Assembly (NCBI RefSeq): GCF_036321535.1
Contig: NC_087437.1
Span: 4,464,001 to 4,528,000, forward strand
Origin: Camelus dromedarius
Taxonomy: Eukaryota
Direction: 5' to 3'
DNA length: 64,000 nt
Part shown: piece by piece, positions 1-13,215 of the stretch
Numbering within the stretch: the stretch's first letter is position 1
Layout of the letters: each line of letters begins with the position of its first letter
Translations under genes and position numbers: made by a program
Notes under the pieces: model-generated
What the model saw: the letters and a program-made list of their open reading frames with translations, nothing else
Databases searched by the model: none
Told to the model about the DNA's origin: nothing

Positions 1-374
1 GACTAGATAATGCAGAGGAACGAATTAGTGACCTAGAAGACAGGACAATAGAAAGCACCCAATCAGAAGAGCTACAAGATAAACAAATTAAAAACAAATG
101 AAAATAGCAAAGATAAAAGCAAAGAATAAGTTACAAGGGAACCCCCATAAGGCTCTCAGCTGATTTCTCTACACAAATACTACAGGTCAGAAGGGAGTGG
201 CAAGATATATTCAAAGTCCTGAATGAAAAAAAGATGCAGCCTAGGATACTCTATCCAGCAAGGCTATCCTTTAGGATAGAAGGAGACATAAAGAATTTCA
301 CAGACAAGAAAAAACTACAAGAATTTAGCAACACTAAACCCATGCTAAAAGAAATACTGAAACATTTACTCTAA
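1..374 (+). pseudogene. L1 ORF1p C-terminal remnant (internal deletion near 110-125)
   Basis: Encodes ...SYKGTPIRLSADFS...ARLSFRIEG... ending at TAA 372-374. The coiled-coil end is joined directly to the pre-CTD segment. Confidence 0.8.
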
Positions 375-775
375 TTAGAAAAGCAGCAGGATGCTACAGA
401 AATAAACTCACAACTGGAAAGGTGATAACTCATGAATTACAAATAAAATAAACATGAAATTATAAAAGAAGACATACAAATCATTGAGAGTGGGAGAGGG
501 AGGCAGGGAAATATATAATTTTTTTCTTTCTTTTTAAATTTTTTTGTTCTCAGTAGGATGGGTTTGAGATCATGTTACTATCAGTTTAATAAAAACAGTT
601 ATAGTAATGGTCTACTAGATTTACGAAAAAGGGTAACCACAAGCCGAAAACTCACAAGGGAGTCACAAAAATTAAATAAAATCCATGATAACACAAAGGA
701 AAATTACCAAACCACAAAAGGAAGAAGAAAGGGACAAAGAGGAAATACCAAATCAACTGCAAAGATAAGTTCAAA

Positions 776-3700
776 ATGGCAATAAACACACATCTATCAT
801 TAATTACTGTAAATGTTAATGGACTAAATGCTCCAGTCAAAAGACACAGAGTGGCAGACTGGATAATAAAGCAAGAACCTTCAGTATGCTGCATACAAGA
901 GACCCACTTTAGGGAGAAGGACACATACAGATTGAGAGTGAAAGGATGGAAAAGGATATTCCAAGCAAATGGAAAAGCCAAAACAGCAGGTGTAGCAGTA
1001 CTGATTTCAGACAAAACAGACTTTAAAACAAAGGCCATAAAGAAAGATAAAGAAGGACATTTTATAATGATTAAAGGAGTGATACAAGATGAGGATATTA
1101 CACTCGTTAATATATATGCACCCAATATAGGAGCACCTAAGTACATGAAACAATTACTAACAGAGATAAAGGGGGATATTGATGGGAATACAACATAGCT
1201 GGAGATTTTAACACCGCATTAACATCACTAGACAGATCTTCCACACAGAAAATAAATCAGGCAACAGAGAAATTAAATAATACAATAGAAAAATTAGATT
1301 TGGTGGATATCTTCAGAGCATTACACCCCCCAAAATAGGATATACATTCTTTTCAAATGCACAAGGAACATTTTCTAGGATTGATCATGTCCTTGGGCAC
1401 AAAAGAAACCTCAACAATTTTAAGAAGATAGAAATTATCTCAAGCATCTTTACTGACCACAATGCCATGAAACTATAAATCAACAACAGAGAAACAAAGG
1501 AGACAAAAAAGGAAAGCATGGAGATTAAACAATATGCTATTAAAAAAACCAATGGGTCAATGAGGAAATCAAAGCTGAAATTAAAAAGTACCTTGAGACA
1601 AATGAAAATGAAAGCACAACCACACAAAACCTATGGGACACAGCAAAGGCAGTGCTAAGAGGGAAGTTTATAGCGATACAGGCCTTCCTCAAAAAAGAAG
1701 AACAATCTCAAATAAACAATCTAACCCACCAGCTGAGAGAACTAGAAAAAGAAGAACAAAAAGCCCCAAAAGGCAGCAGAAGGCAGGAAATTATAAAGAT
1801 TAGGGAGGAAATAAATAAAATAGAGATTTAAAAAAACCGTAGAAAAATCAATCAAACCAAAAGCTAGTTTTTTTGAAAAAGTAAATAAAATCGACAAACC
1901 TCTGGCAAAACTCACAAAGAACAAAAAAGATAGAGCACAAATAACCAAAATAAGAAAGGAAAATGGAGAAATTACAACAAAAAATAGAAATACAGAATAT
2001 CATATGAGATTACTATGAAAAACTATACGGAACCAAACTGGATAACCTAGAGGAGATGGACAAGTTTCTGGAAACATACTGTCCACCAAGACTGAATCAA
2101 GAAGAAACTGACCACTTGAACAAACCGATCACTAGAAATGAAATCAAAATAGCAATTAAAAACCTCCCTACAAATAAAAGTCCAGGACCGGACGGCTTCA
2201 CCAGGGAATTCTACCAAACATACAAAGAAGAACTCATACCAGTCCTTCTTAAACTCTCCCAGATGATTGAAAAGGAGGGAATACTCCCAAACTCATTCTA
2301 TGAGGCCACCATCACCCTGATACCAAAACCAGGCAAAGACACTACCAAAAAAGAGAATTACAGGCCAATATCACTGATGAACTTAGACGCCAAAATCCTC
2401 ACCAAAATATTAGCAAATAGAATCCAGCAACTCATAAAAAAGATTATACATCATGACCAAGTGGGGTTCATCCCAGGGACACAAGGGTGGTTCAGCATAT
2501 GCAAATCAATGAATGTAATACATCACATCAACAAGAGAAAGGACAAAAACCACATGATCATCTCAATAGATGCAGAAAAAGCATTTGATAAAATTCAGCA
2601 CCCATTTATGATAAAAACTCTCACCAAAGTGGGTATAGAGGGAACATATCTCAACATCATATAAGCTATATATGACAAACCTACAGCCAGCATAGTACTC
2701 AATGTTGAAAGACTCAAAAGCTTCCCACCAAAATCTTGGACAAGACAAGGATGCCCACTATCACCACTCCTATTCAACATAGTCCTGAAAGTCCTAGCCA
2801 CAGCAATCAGGCAAGAGAGAGAACTAAAAGGGATCCAAATTGGAAAAGGAGAGGTAAAAGTGTCACTATATGCCGATGACATGTTACTATATATAGAAAA
2901 CCCTAAAAGGTCCACACAAAAACTACTAGAGCTGATAGAAGAATTCAGCAAGGTAGTAGGTTACAAGATTAACGTTCAAAAATCAGTTGCATTTCTTTAC
3001 ACTAACAATGAATCAGCAGAAAAGGAAAATAAAGAAACAATCCACTTTAAAATAGCACCCAAAGTAATAAAATACCTAGGAATAAATCTAACCAAGGAGG
3101 TGAAAGAATTATACACAGAAAACTATAAACCATTGATGAAAGAAATTAAAGAAGTCTTTAAAAAATGGAAAGATATCCCATGCTCTTGGATTGGAAGAAT
3201 CAATATTGTTAAAATGGTCACACTGCCCAAGGAAATCTACAGATTTAATGCAACCCCTATCAAATTACCCAGGACATATTTCACAGAACTAGGACAAATC
3301 ATAATAAAATTTATATGGAACCATCAAAGACCTAGAATTGCCAAAGCATTACTGAAGAGAAAGAAAGAGGCTGGAGGAATAACTCTCCCAGAGTTCAGAC
3401 AATACTAGAGAGCTATAGTCATCAAGACAGCATGGTATTGGTACAAAAACAGATATCTAGACCAATGGAATAGAATAGAAAGCCCAGAAATGAACCCACA
3501 AACTTTTGGTCAACTAATCTTCAACAAAGGAGGCAAGAATATACAATGGAATAAAGACAGTCTCTTCAGCAAATGGAGCTGGGAAAACTGGACAGCAGCA
3601 TGTAGAGCAGTGAAGCTAGAACACTCCCTCACACCATACACAAAAATCAACTCAAAGTGGATCAAAGACTTAAACATAAGAAAAGAAACAATAAATCTCC

Positions 3701-4565
3701 TAGAGGAAAATATAGGCAAAACATTATCTGACATACATCTCAAAAATTTTCTCCTAGAAGAAATAAAAGCAAGAATAAACAAATGGGACCTAATGAAACT
3801 TACAAGCTTATGCACAGCAAAGGAAACCATAAGCAAAACAAAAAGACAACCTAGGGAATGGGAGAAAATGCTTGCAAATGAAACCGACAAAGGGTAGATC
3901 TCCAGAATATATGAGCAGCTCATACGAGTTAATAAGAAACAACCAAACAACCCAATCCAAAAATGGGCAGAAGACCTAAACAAGCAATTCTCCAAGGAAG
4001 ACATACAAATGATCAAAAGGCACATGAAAAAATGCTCAATATCACTAATTATGAGAGAAATGCAAATCAAAACTACAATGAGGTATCACCTCACACCAGT
4101 CAGAATGGCCATCATTCAAATATCCACAAATGACAAATGCTGGAGAGGCTGTGGAGGAAGGGGAACCCCCCTACACTGCTGATGGGAATGCAATTGGTGC
4201 AGCCACTGTGGAAAACAGTATGGAGTTTCCTCCAAAGACTAGGAATAGACTTACCGTATGACCCAGGAATCCCGCTCCTGGGCATATATCCAGAAGGGAC
4301 CCTACTTCAGGATGACACCTGCACCCCAATGTTCATAGCAGCACTATTTACAATAGCCAAGACATGGAAGCAGCCTAAATGTCCATCAATGGATGACTGG
4401 ATAAAGATCTGATATATTTATACAATGGAATACTACTTAGCCATAAAAACCGACAACATACGCCATTTGCAGCAACATGGATGCTCCTGGAGAATGTCAT
4501 TCTAAGTGAAGTAAGCCAGAAAGAGAAAGTAAAATACCATATGAGCTCGCTCATATATGGAATCT
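776..4565 (+). pseudogene. L1 ORF2p (endonuclease/reverse transcriptase), disrupted
   Basis: ORF fragments 776-1198, 2056-2664, 2860-3408 and 3490-3897 all give ORF2p sequence. Frameshifts and premature stops (TAA 2662, TAG 3406, TAG 3895), plus a stop inside the C-terminal Cys-rich motif (LHC*WEC). Confidence 0.93.
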
Positions 4566-5394
4566 AAAAAAAAAACACACACACACCCACAAAGCATAAA
4601 TACAAAACAGAAATAGACTCATAGACGTAGAATACAAACTTGTGGTTGCCAAGGTGGCAATAGGTGGGAAGGGATAGACTGGGATTTCAAAATTGTAGAA
4701 TAGATAAACAAGATTATACTGTATAGCACAGGGAAATATACACAGGATCTTATGGCAGCCCACGGAGAACAAAATGTGACAATGAATATATGTATGTTCA
4801 TGTATAACTGAAAAATTGTGTTGTACACTGGAATTTGACACAACATTGTAAAATGATTGTAAATGAATAAAAAAAAGTTTCAAAAAACCTTCAAAAAATT
4901 TTTGTTTTTTAAACATAACCACACAACTACTATGACACCTAAAAATTTGACAATAAAGCCTCTCTATAACCAAAAAAATATATATCTGTATCTATAACTA
5001 TATCTATATATGTCAGTAATGGCCCTTTATTGTCTAAATTAAAGAGGAGACAAAGATAATTAGCAAAAATGTTTTGCCTTCACAATGAGCCAACATCCTC
5101 TCCTCTCCCTGATTCCTCACTAGTGTCACTGCAGGGAGCTGTTCACGGAGGAGCCGCCCCATCCCAGCACGCCACACACACGTACACACACACGCATGCG
5201 TGTGTACACAGCCACACTCTGTGCACCTAAAACTGAACCCTGCTCATTTCACTGAAACACAAATGCACTGACAAGTTTCCATCTTCCCAGACTCTTTTTT
5301 AGTTTCTTAGGCTAAACGGATCACAACCATGCTCAGACATTGATAATCGCTCCATACTCCTTCCATGAATAAATTTAAAAGTACTTTAAAGAAA

Positions 5395-5684
5395 CAGATT
5401 CACAAAAATAAAGAATAAACTTATGGTTACCAGAGAGGGAAAGGGGTGGGAAGGGATAAACTGGGAGTTTGAGATTAGCAGATACTAACCAGTATACATA
5501 AAATAGATAAACAACAAGGTCTTACTGTACAGCACAGGGAACTATATTCAATATCTTGTAGTAACCTACAATGAAAAAGAATATGAAAATGAATATATGT
5601 ATGTGTATGTATGACTGACTGAAAGATGATGCTGTACACCAGAAATTGATGCAACGTTGTAAACTGATTATACTTCTATTTTTA
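5395..5684 (+). mobile_element. 5'-truncated L1 3' end
   Basis: L1 3' UTR sequence flanked by a degenerate TSD AAAAGTACTT(G)TAAAGAAA (~5377 and ~5685). Confidence 0.85.
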
Positions 5685-5994
5685 AAAAGTACTTGTAAAG
5701 AAATATTGTGAAGCATCACTCTTTTCCAGCTTTCTTTCTGCTTCACCCACTCAAGTCCCTGACACTTCTGCAAAAATCACATCCACTCCCCTCCCCAGGC
5801 TTTCTGAGTGCCCTTCCTCTCCATTTGCATCCTCTTCTCTCCTTCACCTGAGTCTCCCACCCTCTGAGCCTGCGTCGAGATCCAGCTCCTCCAAGAACCT
5901 TCTTGTGGCACCTGCCCATCCCAGTGGCCTATAGTATTTAAGATCTTTGGGATCTGACTTAAAAGCTGGCGGTCTACGGTCCTGTGACCTCTCT

Positions 5995-6150
5995 AATGCA
6001 ACTCTTCACAAACGCCGGTGTGTGTGAGAGCCACCTGGAAGGTTTGTACAGACTGCTGGGCTCCACCCAGGGTTTCTGATTCAGCAGATCTGGCCTGGGG
6101 CCCAGGAATTTGCATTTCTAACACGTTCCATGGTGATGCTGACGCTACGC
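5995..6150. mobile_element. MER5A-like hAT-Charlie MITE
   Basis: gtttctgattcagcagatctgg...ggcccaggaatttgcatttctaac resembles the MER5A core. Confidence 0.7.
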
Positions 6151-6336
6151 AGCTGGTCTGGGTCTGTGTGAGCTTGGCTGGTGCAGAGCAAGGAGCTGGC
6201 CAGCTACGTGAACCCAGGCTGGGGACTGCTCTGAGCCTCAGCCTCTTTGTCTGCAATAATACTACATCAAAGGATTGTTGTAAAGAACTGAAGTAACGTA
6301 TTTTAAAGGTTTAGTACAGTTCCTGATGCATAGTAA

Positions 6337-6938
6337 TGTTAGAGCAGGCAGAGAGCTAGACGTGAACAGAGACAGTGGGGCTCAGGCCAGATGGCAGGAA
6401 ACCTCACACCTTGTGAACAACCAGGGTCCCTGGGCAGACAGAGAAAAGCAGGAACCTCCAAACTCATAAGAAATCACATTTAGGGTTGACAAGTGTCCTG
6501 GAGGCCAACAAAGAAAGATGGGGAAAAGACAGGAATCTCCAGTGTCCAAATGTAACCCTTTGCTCAGTATGCCCTCATTTCAATAAAATTAGCCTTGCAG
6601 ATGAGAAGCGCCCATCATGCACTAGTGCCAAGACACTTCTGATCCAGGCTAAATAAGGACAAAAATCTCTCTTCCCCTCGGGAAGGTGGAGCTGGGATGG
6701 AAATCAGGGAATACGACCCCAAACCCTTCCCTCCCCAATGAATATTTTGCCCATTCATTTTTACACCCTGTGTAATCAGCTTGTCAAAGAAACTCAAGGC
6801 AACCGCTCACCTGAGCCTGCCCGCTCTCCCCTTGGGAGTGTGCTATCCATCCCTTAGTAAGTCCTCACTTTACTTTCTTAATCTCTGTGTATCGACTCTG
6901 AATTCTTTCTGTGACATAGAACTTAATTGCTGGCAACA
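6337..6938 (+). mobile_element. Solo ERV LTR (ERV1-like) inserted in a MIR remnant
   Basis: TGTTAG...GCAACA termini, ~600 bp, near-TSD GTAA/ATAA. MIR-like sequence on both sides (~6225-6336 and just after 6938). Confidence 0.75.
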
Positions 6939-7054
6939 ATAAGAGCTCTATCATGATAGTTATTATTCGGAGCAGAGAAAGAAAAGTACCGCTCCTCGGG
7001 GATGCCCTATGTAACCAGCTAACTCCCAGGCTGTGGCTTAACAAAGCTCTGGGC

Positions 7055-7700
7055 TGTAGGCTGATTCGCGGGGCTGCTGGACCCCGTGTCAGGGTTTGAA
7101 AGGAAGCTACAAGAATCTTTATTTATCCACTGATTAAAGTCTTCATCTGGGAGGGGCAGTTGAGGATAACATTTCCCATGTTTATAAAACGCCTCTCAAA
7201 GCTACACACCTGCAATTGATTCGCCTTTCCATTCAGAGCAGCTAAGTTTTCTGACTGGTTATTCTGTACATATGTTCAGAAGCCCGCCCCATAAGATGAC
7301 TGTTCTCTTGATCTCGGTACATCCCCTGCCGGACCAGTGTCTGTTTCACTTAAACCAGCTCACGGGACTGACCTTTGTGGTACTTGCCCTAAGCGCGGCT
7401 AGTGGCTGTTTTATCAAAGGGGCGGTGAGGGGTGAGGAGTGGGGCCCTCTGCTGGTCTCCTTGGTAACGGATGAGCCAACCTGGCATCAGTTCCCTTATA
7501 ACTCAGAACCTCCCCTTGCCCCCAGGAGCTAAGACTGCTGCCCTGTCTGGCTCACCTCCCCTGCACACAGCGAGGATTCACTCCAGGACCTGGTTCAGAC
7601 ATGGACGCTCCCTGCTTCCACTAACCCATCGATGTCTCTGTGGCTGACACCGGGCTCTTTCTTTGGTTTTGAAGCTTGAGAGGTGCAGCCCAGCATTATA
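7055..7700 (+). mobile_element. Old LTR, MER74-like (ERVL)
   Basis: Starts TGTAGGGC and contains ctggtctccttggtaacggatgagcc-type LTR sequence. Family assignment from memory. Confidence 0.5.
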
Positions 7701-8500
7701 GAAATATTATTTTTACTTTAAATTCTACAAAAAGCAAAATAGTCTGTGGTTTTCTCAAACTGTCTTTTGTTAGCTCTTCATTAGGAAAAACAAACTGAAA
7801 AGGGAAAAAAATAATGTGGACTCATAAGAAGACCTCAGGAAATCATTTATAATTTCAAAACCAGTTCTGACTACTTTTGTTGGCAATAATATCTGAAAAG
7901 AATGCCAAAGTTTGTGAATCCTGGACCACAAGGGATGGGGCAGATGGGTGGGAACAGCCTCCTAGCTTCTGCGCAGCCTATTCCAACCAGGGGAAAGGGC
8001 TGGTGTGGGGGCCAGAGCATCCGGCCTGTCAGACCCTGCCCACTCACCTCCACTGTGTAGAAAAACACCCTCTGGTTCTGCAGAACTGGTGCTGGGCCAA
8101 CATCCTGGCTTTAGCAGCTGCAGTCTGAGGCCTGGACTTTTCCTGAGGCCTCCTGGGAACCAAGAATCAAAGAAGGAAGCTGACAGAGCAAAATCAAGAT
8201 GTTGACTAAGTCCTCCAAAAGCCCTGCGCCCCCGCCTCCCGCCACTGCCAGCTGCAGACCGAGAGCTCACACTTCTTTAAAATTAGCCTCTCATTCACAG
8301 CAGCTGGGGCACGAGAAATGCTGATGCAGTCAGTCAAGCCATTAAACAAGGGAATTGTCCAAAGGTCTTGTATTTGATATGACCCTGGTGCTACGTAGGT
8401 ATACAATGTCCACAGTAATTTCAGGAACCGGTGTTAGTCCCAAGAAATCTATGTATCTATAAGCACCAAATTTTCCTGATTCTGTTCTTTTTTCCACACC

Positions 8501-9620
8501 TGTGTCAGTCAGGGTTTGATTGCAGAAGCAGAAACACCAGGAGAAATAAAAATAATAGAAGTTATATTAAAGGGATTTGAAGTTACACAATCATGAGAGC
8601 TGGTGAGACAGTTCACGTAGGTCTGTCATTGCCACATCAGACACGGGGGGCTGAGGCAGCAGGGCCAGTCAGCAGAAGGAAGGATGGCTGTGATGCAGGG
8701 GAGAGCAGATCCAGCTGGAGCTCAGGACGGAGGGAACCACGTCCATCTACAGTGACGTAAGTGACCTGCAGGCGAAGTTCCCTTGCTCATGGAGGTCAAC
8801 ACACACCTGGCCCAGAAGTTGGAGAAGCCATGGAGGAGACTGGGCAGAAGTGGGGGCGCGGTGGCTTTGGACCGACCAGGTGGGCCAGCAGATGGGTGAC
8901 AAGCAGCGTGAGCTGCCCCCTCGACGGGCACCCAGCACCCACCTTCCGCATGTGAAAGACACACAGCACAGCTGCTGACTTTCTTCTGTTCTCCGCGTTT
9001 CATCCAAGTGTCTCATGGGGCCCATGCGGGACGGGAACTACGCAGATGTGAACAAAAAACACTGCAAGCCATAGCAGTAGACAAAGAATGCTGCTGAAGC
9101 CATCAAGCCGTCAGCCACTGCTGCCACCCCCCTCCCCCACAGTGAAGACAGGCAGGCAGCTTGGCCTGGCAGCCTGAGGGGACTCAGAACTCCAAAGGAC
9201 AGGATATTGGCCCTAGGTAGCCAGGTGCTTGCCAAAGGAATGATCTCAATGAGCCCAGCTGTTTGGTCCCTCCTATACATAGAAAAGAGCACTAAACTCT
9301 TTAACTGGAGATGTCTGGTTTTATTTACTTAACAGTAATCTTTTAATGTTCCGACTACCTGGTCTTTGTTTTAAAAAATCCTGTAAATCCTGGCTTTTCC
9401 CTCACCTCTTGGGAGCAGTGTCTTAGAGCGATCTGAGAGGCTGTCATCCTGAGCTTGAAGTCCTCAGAGAGTCCACCAAGTAAAACCATTCTCCGCTTTT
9501 AGGTTGGGCATCTTTTTCCCGTCAACATATATTTCCATTCAGAAGGCCTGGTACCAGTCAGACATGTGAGACAGCCAAGGAGAGCCTCCTGGGGAGCTAG
9601 CCCTGCAGAGAGAGGTGGAG
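8501..9620. mobile_element. Old ERVL/MaLR-type LTR interrupted by a younger solo LTR (~9047-9527)
   Basis: Outer element begins TGTGTCAGTCAGGG. Inner element TGTGAAC...CCGTCAACA has LTR-like composition. Confidence 0.5.
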
Positions 9621-10061
9621 AATGGGACTAGTCCCGAGTTAGACTGGACTGTGGGGACGTCTACTGCTGTGCAGCCCCGTGAGTCCAGGGTGAATCCCAG
9701 GTGTCTGTATTTAACTACCATCCAGAGATTCTCAGGCAGGTCCACACTTCCAGAAACACTTCCCTAGAGGCCTGCAAGTCAGCTTGCAAACTCCCCAATC
9801 TTTCTTGTCTGCAAAAGCTGGTGACCCGAGGATGTGTTAACCAAGGGAACGTCTTTCTAGAAAGGGGGACGTGGGGAATAAAAATCACTCTTTGTTTCAG
9901 CATGATGTTCTCAGAGTTATTTTAGAATTCTCTTTATTACGGGTTCATAAATGCTCCTTGCTCTATTCATAATGAACTTGATGGCGCCCAGGCTGCGTCC
10001 AGCACCAGGACTAGACGGGCAGCCCGCACACCTGTGCCACCTCCAGCCGCCGCGCGTGCGC

Positions 10062-10080
10062 TGGCGCCACCTGGAGGCCG
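10062..10080 (-). promoter_or_regulatory. CTCF-binding motif in a small CpG-rich patch
   Basis: Minus strand reads CGGCCTCCAGGTGGCGCCA, matching the CTCF core CC[AT][CG]YAG[GA][GT]GGC[GA]C. CpGs are retained over ~9985-10130. Confidence 0.6.
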
Positions 10081-10844
10081 CCGTGGGCACTGCTAAGTGC
10101 AAAGCCGGACCTCAGTAGCGCTTGTAGGTGTCAGAATGTGATTGTTACGAACTTTGGGAACCGCCGATGGTTTGAATTGGATATTTCAGTCGTAAATAAC
10201 CTTAAGAATTTCCTGTGAGTCCTTCCGTGGCTGCTTAAGAGCCAAGAAAGAACACGGACTTTAGACTTGGAAAGATTTGGGTTGAAACTCCTGCACCATC
10301 ACCAAAAATCTGTCTTCTGGGATCACCAGCTACCTGGGCGGGCAGGTGACAGCAGCCTGTCTCAGCTGCACTGATTGTCTCTCCGTGTCTGCTTCCAAGG
10401 ATTCTCTAAGGCAGCGGATGCTTGAGATGCCTGTGGGAACATTCTACCAGCCCCTCAGAAGATTCCAGAACAAAGCAGTTGCCTATAGTGATAAGAAATC
10501 CAACTAAATCCACCCTTGTGTATTTTTCCTCCCCTTATTCATGTCCCCTGAGATGGCTTGCCAAAATGAACTGTGCAAGCCCCTGTCTCACGTTCTCCGT
10601 TCTCAGGGATTTCAGGCTGAGGCCAAGAGTACCCTTAGGCAATTCATTATCCTCTAGGGGCCCTAGTGTTCCCAGCTACAGTGTGAGATTATTGCCACAG
10701 ACAACCTCCCCACAAGGACATTGTAGGAAAATCACTTCCACGGTGCCTGAGAAGGGTTCATAACAGAACCCTCTTTTCAGGGGAGGGAGGTTTCTGCTAC
10801 TTGGTAACTTCTTGGTGGGGGCAATTTCCTCTGAAAGCTGGGCT

Positions 10845-11165
10845 GTCACCACCAGTATTGCATTCATCACCTTCACCACCTCCACCCCCACCACTACAAA
10901 ATCACCACCACCACAAAATCACCACCACCACCACCGAAAGCACTATCATCACCTCCTTCCCCACCATCACTACGACCCCCACGTCATTGTCATTACTCTC
11001 AACACCACCTCCATCACCTCCACCACCTCCACCCCTACACCACCACCACCACCAAGACCACTATTGTCACCACCTCTCCCACCATCACTACGATCCCCAC
11101 ATCATCGTCGTTACTCTCACCACCATCACCACCACCACCTCCATCACCGCCACCACCATTACCAT
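10845..11165. repeat. (CAC/CAT)n low-complexity tract with a ~118 bp higher-order duplication
   Basis: Runs of cac/cat. ACCATCACTACGA occurs at 10963 and 11081. Confidence 0.9.
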
Positions 11166-11312
11166 GCCCCTGAAGCTCAATGGGCAGGTGATCTAGTAAA
11201 GGTCCAGTCAATTCTTTTCAGCCAGAGAAAATACCCCACATGTCTCTGTTATAATACCCCCGCCTCAGCCAAGTCTAAACACCAGCCAGTGTCAACATTT
11301 CCAGCCATTCTT

Positions 11313-11805
11313 TTTTTTTCTACATTCTTTTCTTTTCTACTTTTTTTCCTTATGTTTTATTGATGTGTTATGGATATATGATGTTAGTTTCAGGTGTACA
11401 GCAAAGAGATTCAGTTATACGTATACCTACATACATATGTATTTTTTCAATTTCCTGTCCATTATGGCTCATTACAAGAAATTGAATATAGTTCCCTGTG
11501 CTATATAGTAGGTCCTTGTTGTTTATCTGTTTTATATATAAATAACATATACATATAGTTATGTATATCTGTTAATCCCAGACTCCTAATCTATCCCTCC
11601 CCCACCCTTTCCCTCCTGGTAAATGCAGTTTGTTTTCTATGTCCCTGAGTCTATTTCTGGTTTATAAATAAAATTTGTATCTTTTTTTTAGATTCTGCAT
11701 ATAAGCAACATCATATGTTATTTGTCTTTTGTCTGACATCACTTAATATGACAATCTCCAGGTCCATCCATGTTGCTGCAAATGGCATTTTTTTGTTCTT
11801 TTTTA
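11313..11805 (-). mobile_element. 5'-truncated L1 3' end with perfect 14 bp TSD
   Basis: TSD TTCCAGCCATTCTT at 11299-11312 and 11806-11819. T-rich tail on the left. Confidence 0.92.
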
Positions 11806-11869
11806 TTCCAGCCATTCTTAACTGGAATTTTTGGCTAATTAAAATCTTGCAATAGGGTTATCATTTTGG

Positions 11870-11908
<39 letters not shown>

Positions 11909-11962
11909 TATTATTATAAATTACATATTATTATATATAATATTTTATATATATATATATAT
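11870..11962. repeat. (TA)n microsatellite / AT-rich tract
   Basis: Perfect TA run ~11871-11903, followed by degenerate TA. Confidence 0.9.
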
Positions 11963-12044
11963 TTGTATACCTTCTAGGAGTCAGGGTACAGGGAGAGAAA
12001 GACAGAAGTCTCACGGTAAAATCACTGATGTCAGATGGACCAGA

Positions 12045-13215
12045 TTTTTTAATGAACAATTTTTAGAGCAGTTTTAAGTTCACTGCAAAACTGAGCAGAA
12101 GGTACAGAGAGTTTCCATATGTCTCCTGCTCCCACATACACAGCCTTCCCCACTGACAACACCCTACATTTTTGTTATGTTATACATGTTATTTTATGTT
12201 ATGTTATGTTATGTTATGTTATGATATGTTCGTTACAACTGATGAACCCACACTGACCTTTCCTTACCACCTAAAGTCCATACTTCCGTTAGGGTTCACT
12301 CTTGGTGTTGTACATTCAGTGGGTCTGGAAAAATATAAAATGACAGTACCCACCGCTGTTGTCTCACACAAGTAGTCTCACTGCCCTAGAAATCCTCTGT
12401 ACTCCACCCATTCTCCCCCACTCCCCTCTAATCCCTGGCAACCACTGATCTTTTTACAGACTCCATGTTGCCTTTTCCAGAATGCTGTACACTTGGGTCG
12501 TACCTGAAGATGCAGCCTCTTCAGACCGGATTCTTTCACCGAGTAATATGCAATCACTTCATGTCTTTTCATAGCCTACTAGCTCACTCCCTTCGAGTGT
12601 TGAATAAGATTCCATTGTCTGGATGTACCACAGTTTATCCACTCATCTTCTGAAGGACTCTTGGTTGCTTCCAAGTTTTGACAATTATGAATAAAGCTGC
12701 TATAAACTTCCGTGTGCAGGTTTTTTGTGTGGACATAAGTTTTCAGTTCATTTGGGTGAATCCCAAGGAGCATGATTGCTGGATCGTACGATTAGAATAC
12801 ACTTGGTTTTGCAAGAAACTGCCAAACTCTCTTCCAAAGTGGCTGTACCGTTTTGGAGTCCCCACCGGCAATGAATGTGAGTTCCCGTTGCTACACATCC
12901 TCACCAGCATTGGGTGGTGTCAGTATCTTGGATGTTCACCACCCCAAAAGGTGTAGTGGAATCATATTGTCATTTAATTTGCACTTCCGTGATGACATAT
13001 TGAGCATCTTTTCAAGTGCTTATTTGCCATCTGTATGTCTTCTTTCACGTGGTGTCTGTTCAGATATTTCATCCACTTTTCAATCGGGTTATTTTCTTAT
13101 TGTTGAGATTTAAGAGGTTTTTTTTGTGTATTTTGGATAATAGTCGTTTATCAAATATGTCTTCTGCAAATATTTTATCCCAGTCTGTGGCTTGTCTTCT
13201 CATTCCCTTGAGTTG
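12045..13215 (-). mobile_element. Old L1 (L1MC-like) 3' portion, containing a (TGTTA)n microsatellite at ~12172-12228
   Basis: Starts ...tttagagcagttttaagttcactgcaaaactgagcagaaggtacagaga. Minus-strand ORF 12579-12773 resembles the ORF2 C-terminus (LLGIHPNELKTYVHTK). Confidence 0.85.

Larger units (their letters stand above)
1..4888 (+). mobile_element. LINE-1, near full length (5' end outside window), inactivated
   Basis: ORF1 C-terminal remnant to ~374, ~400 bp spacer, then ORF2 from 776 with an APE endonuclease N-terminus (MAINTHLSLITVNVNGLN) and RT motif YADD at 2869-2880. 3' UTR and A-rich tail at ~4865-4888. Confidence 0.97.

Noticed and set aside
4889..4980. Possible 3' transduction after the first L1 (AATAAA followed by A7)
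   Set aside because: The 5' TSD is outside the window, so it cannot be tested. The sequence also resembles an older repeat remnant.
10801..11363. His/Pro/Thr-rich ORFs resembling extensin or mucin
   Set aside because: Translation of a CAC repeat; no ATG start, and the longer ORF runs into an L1 tail.
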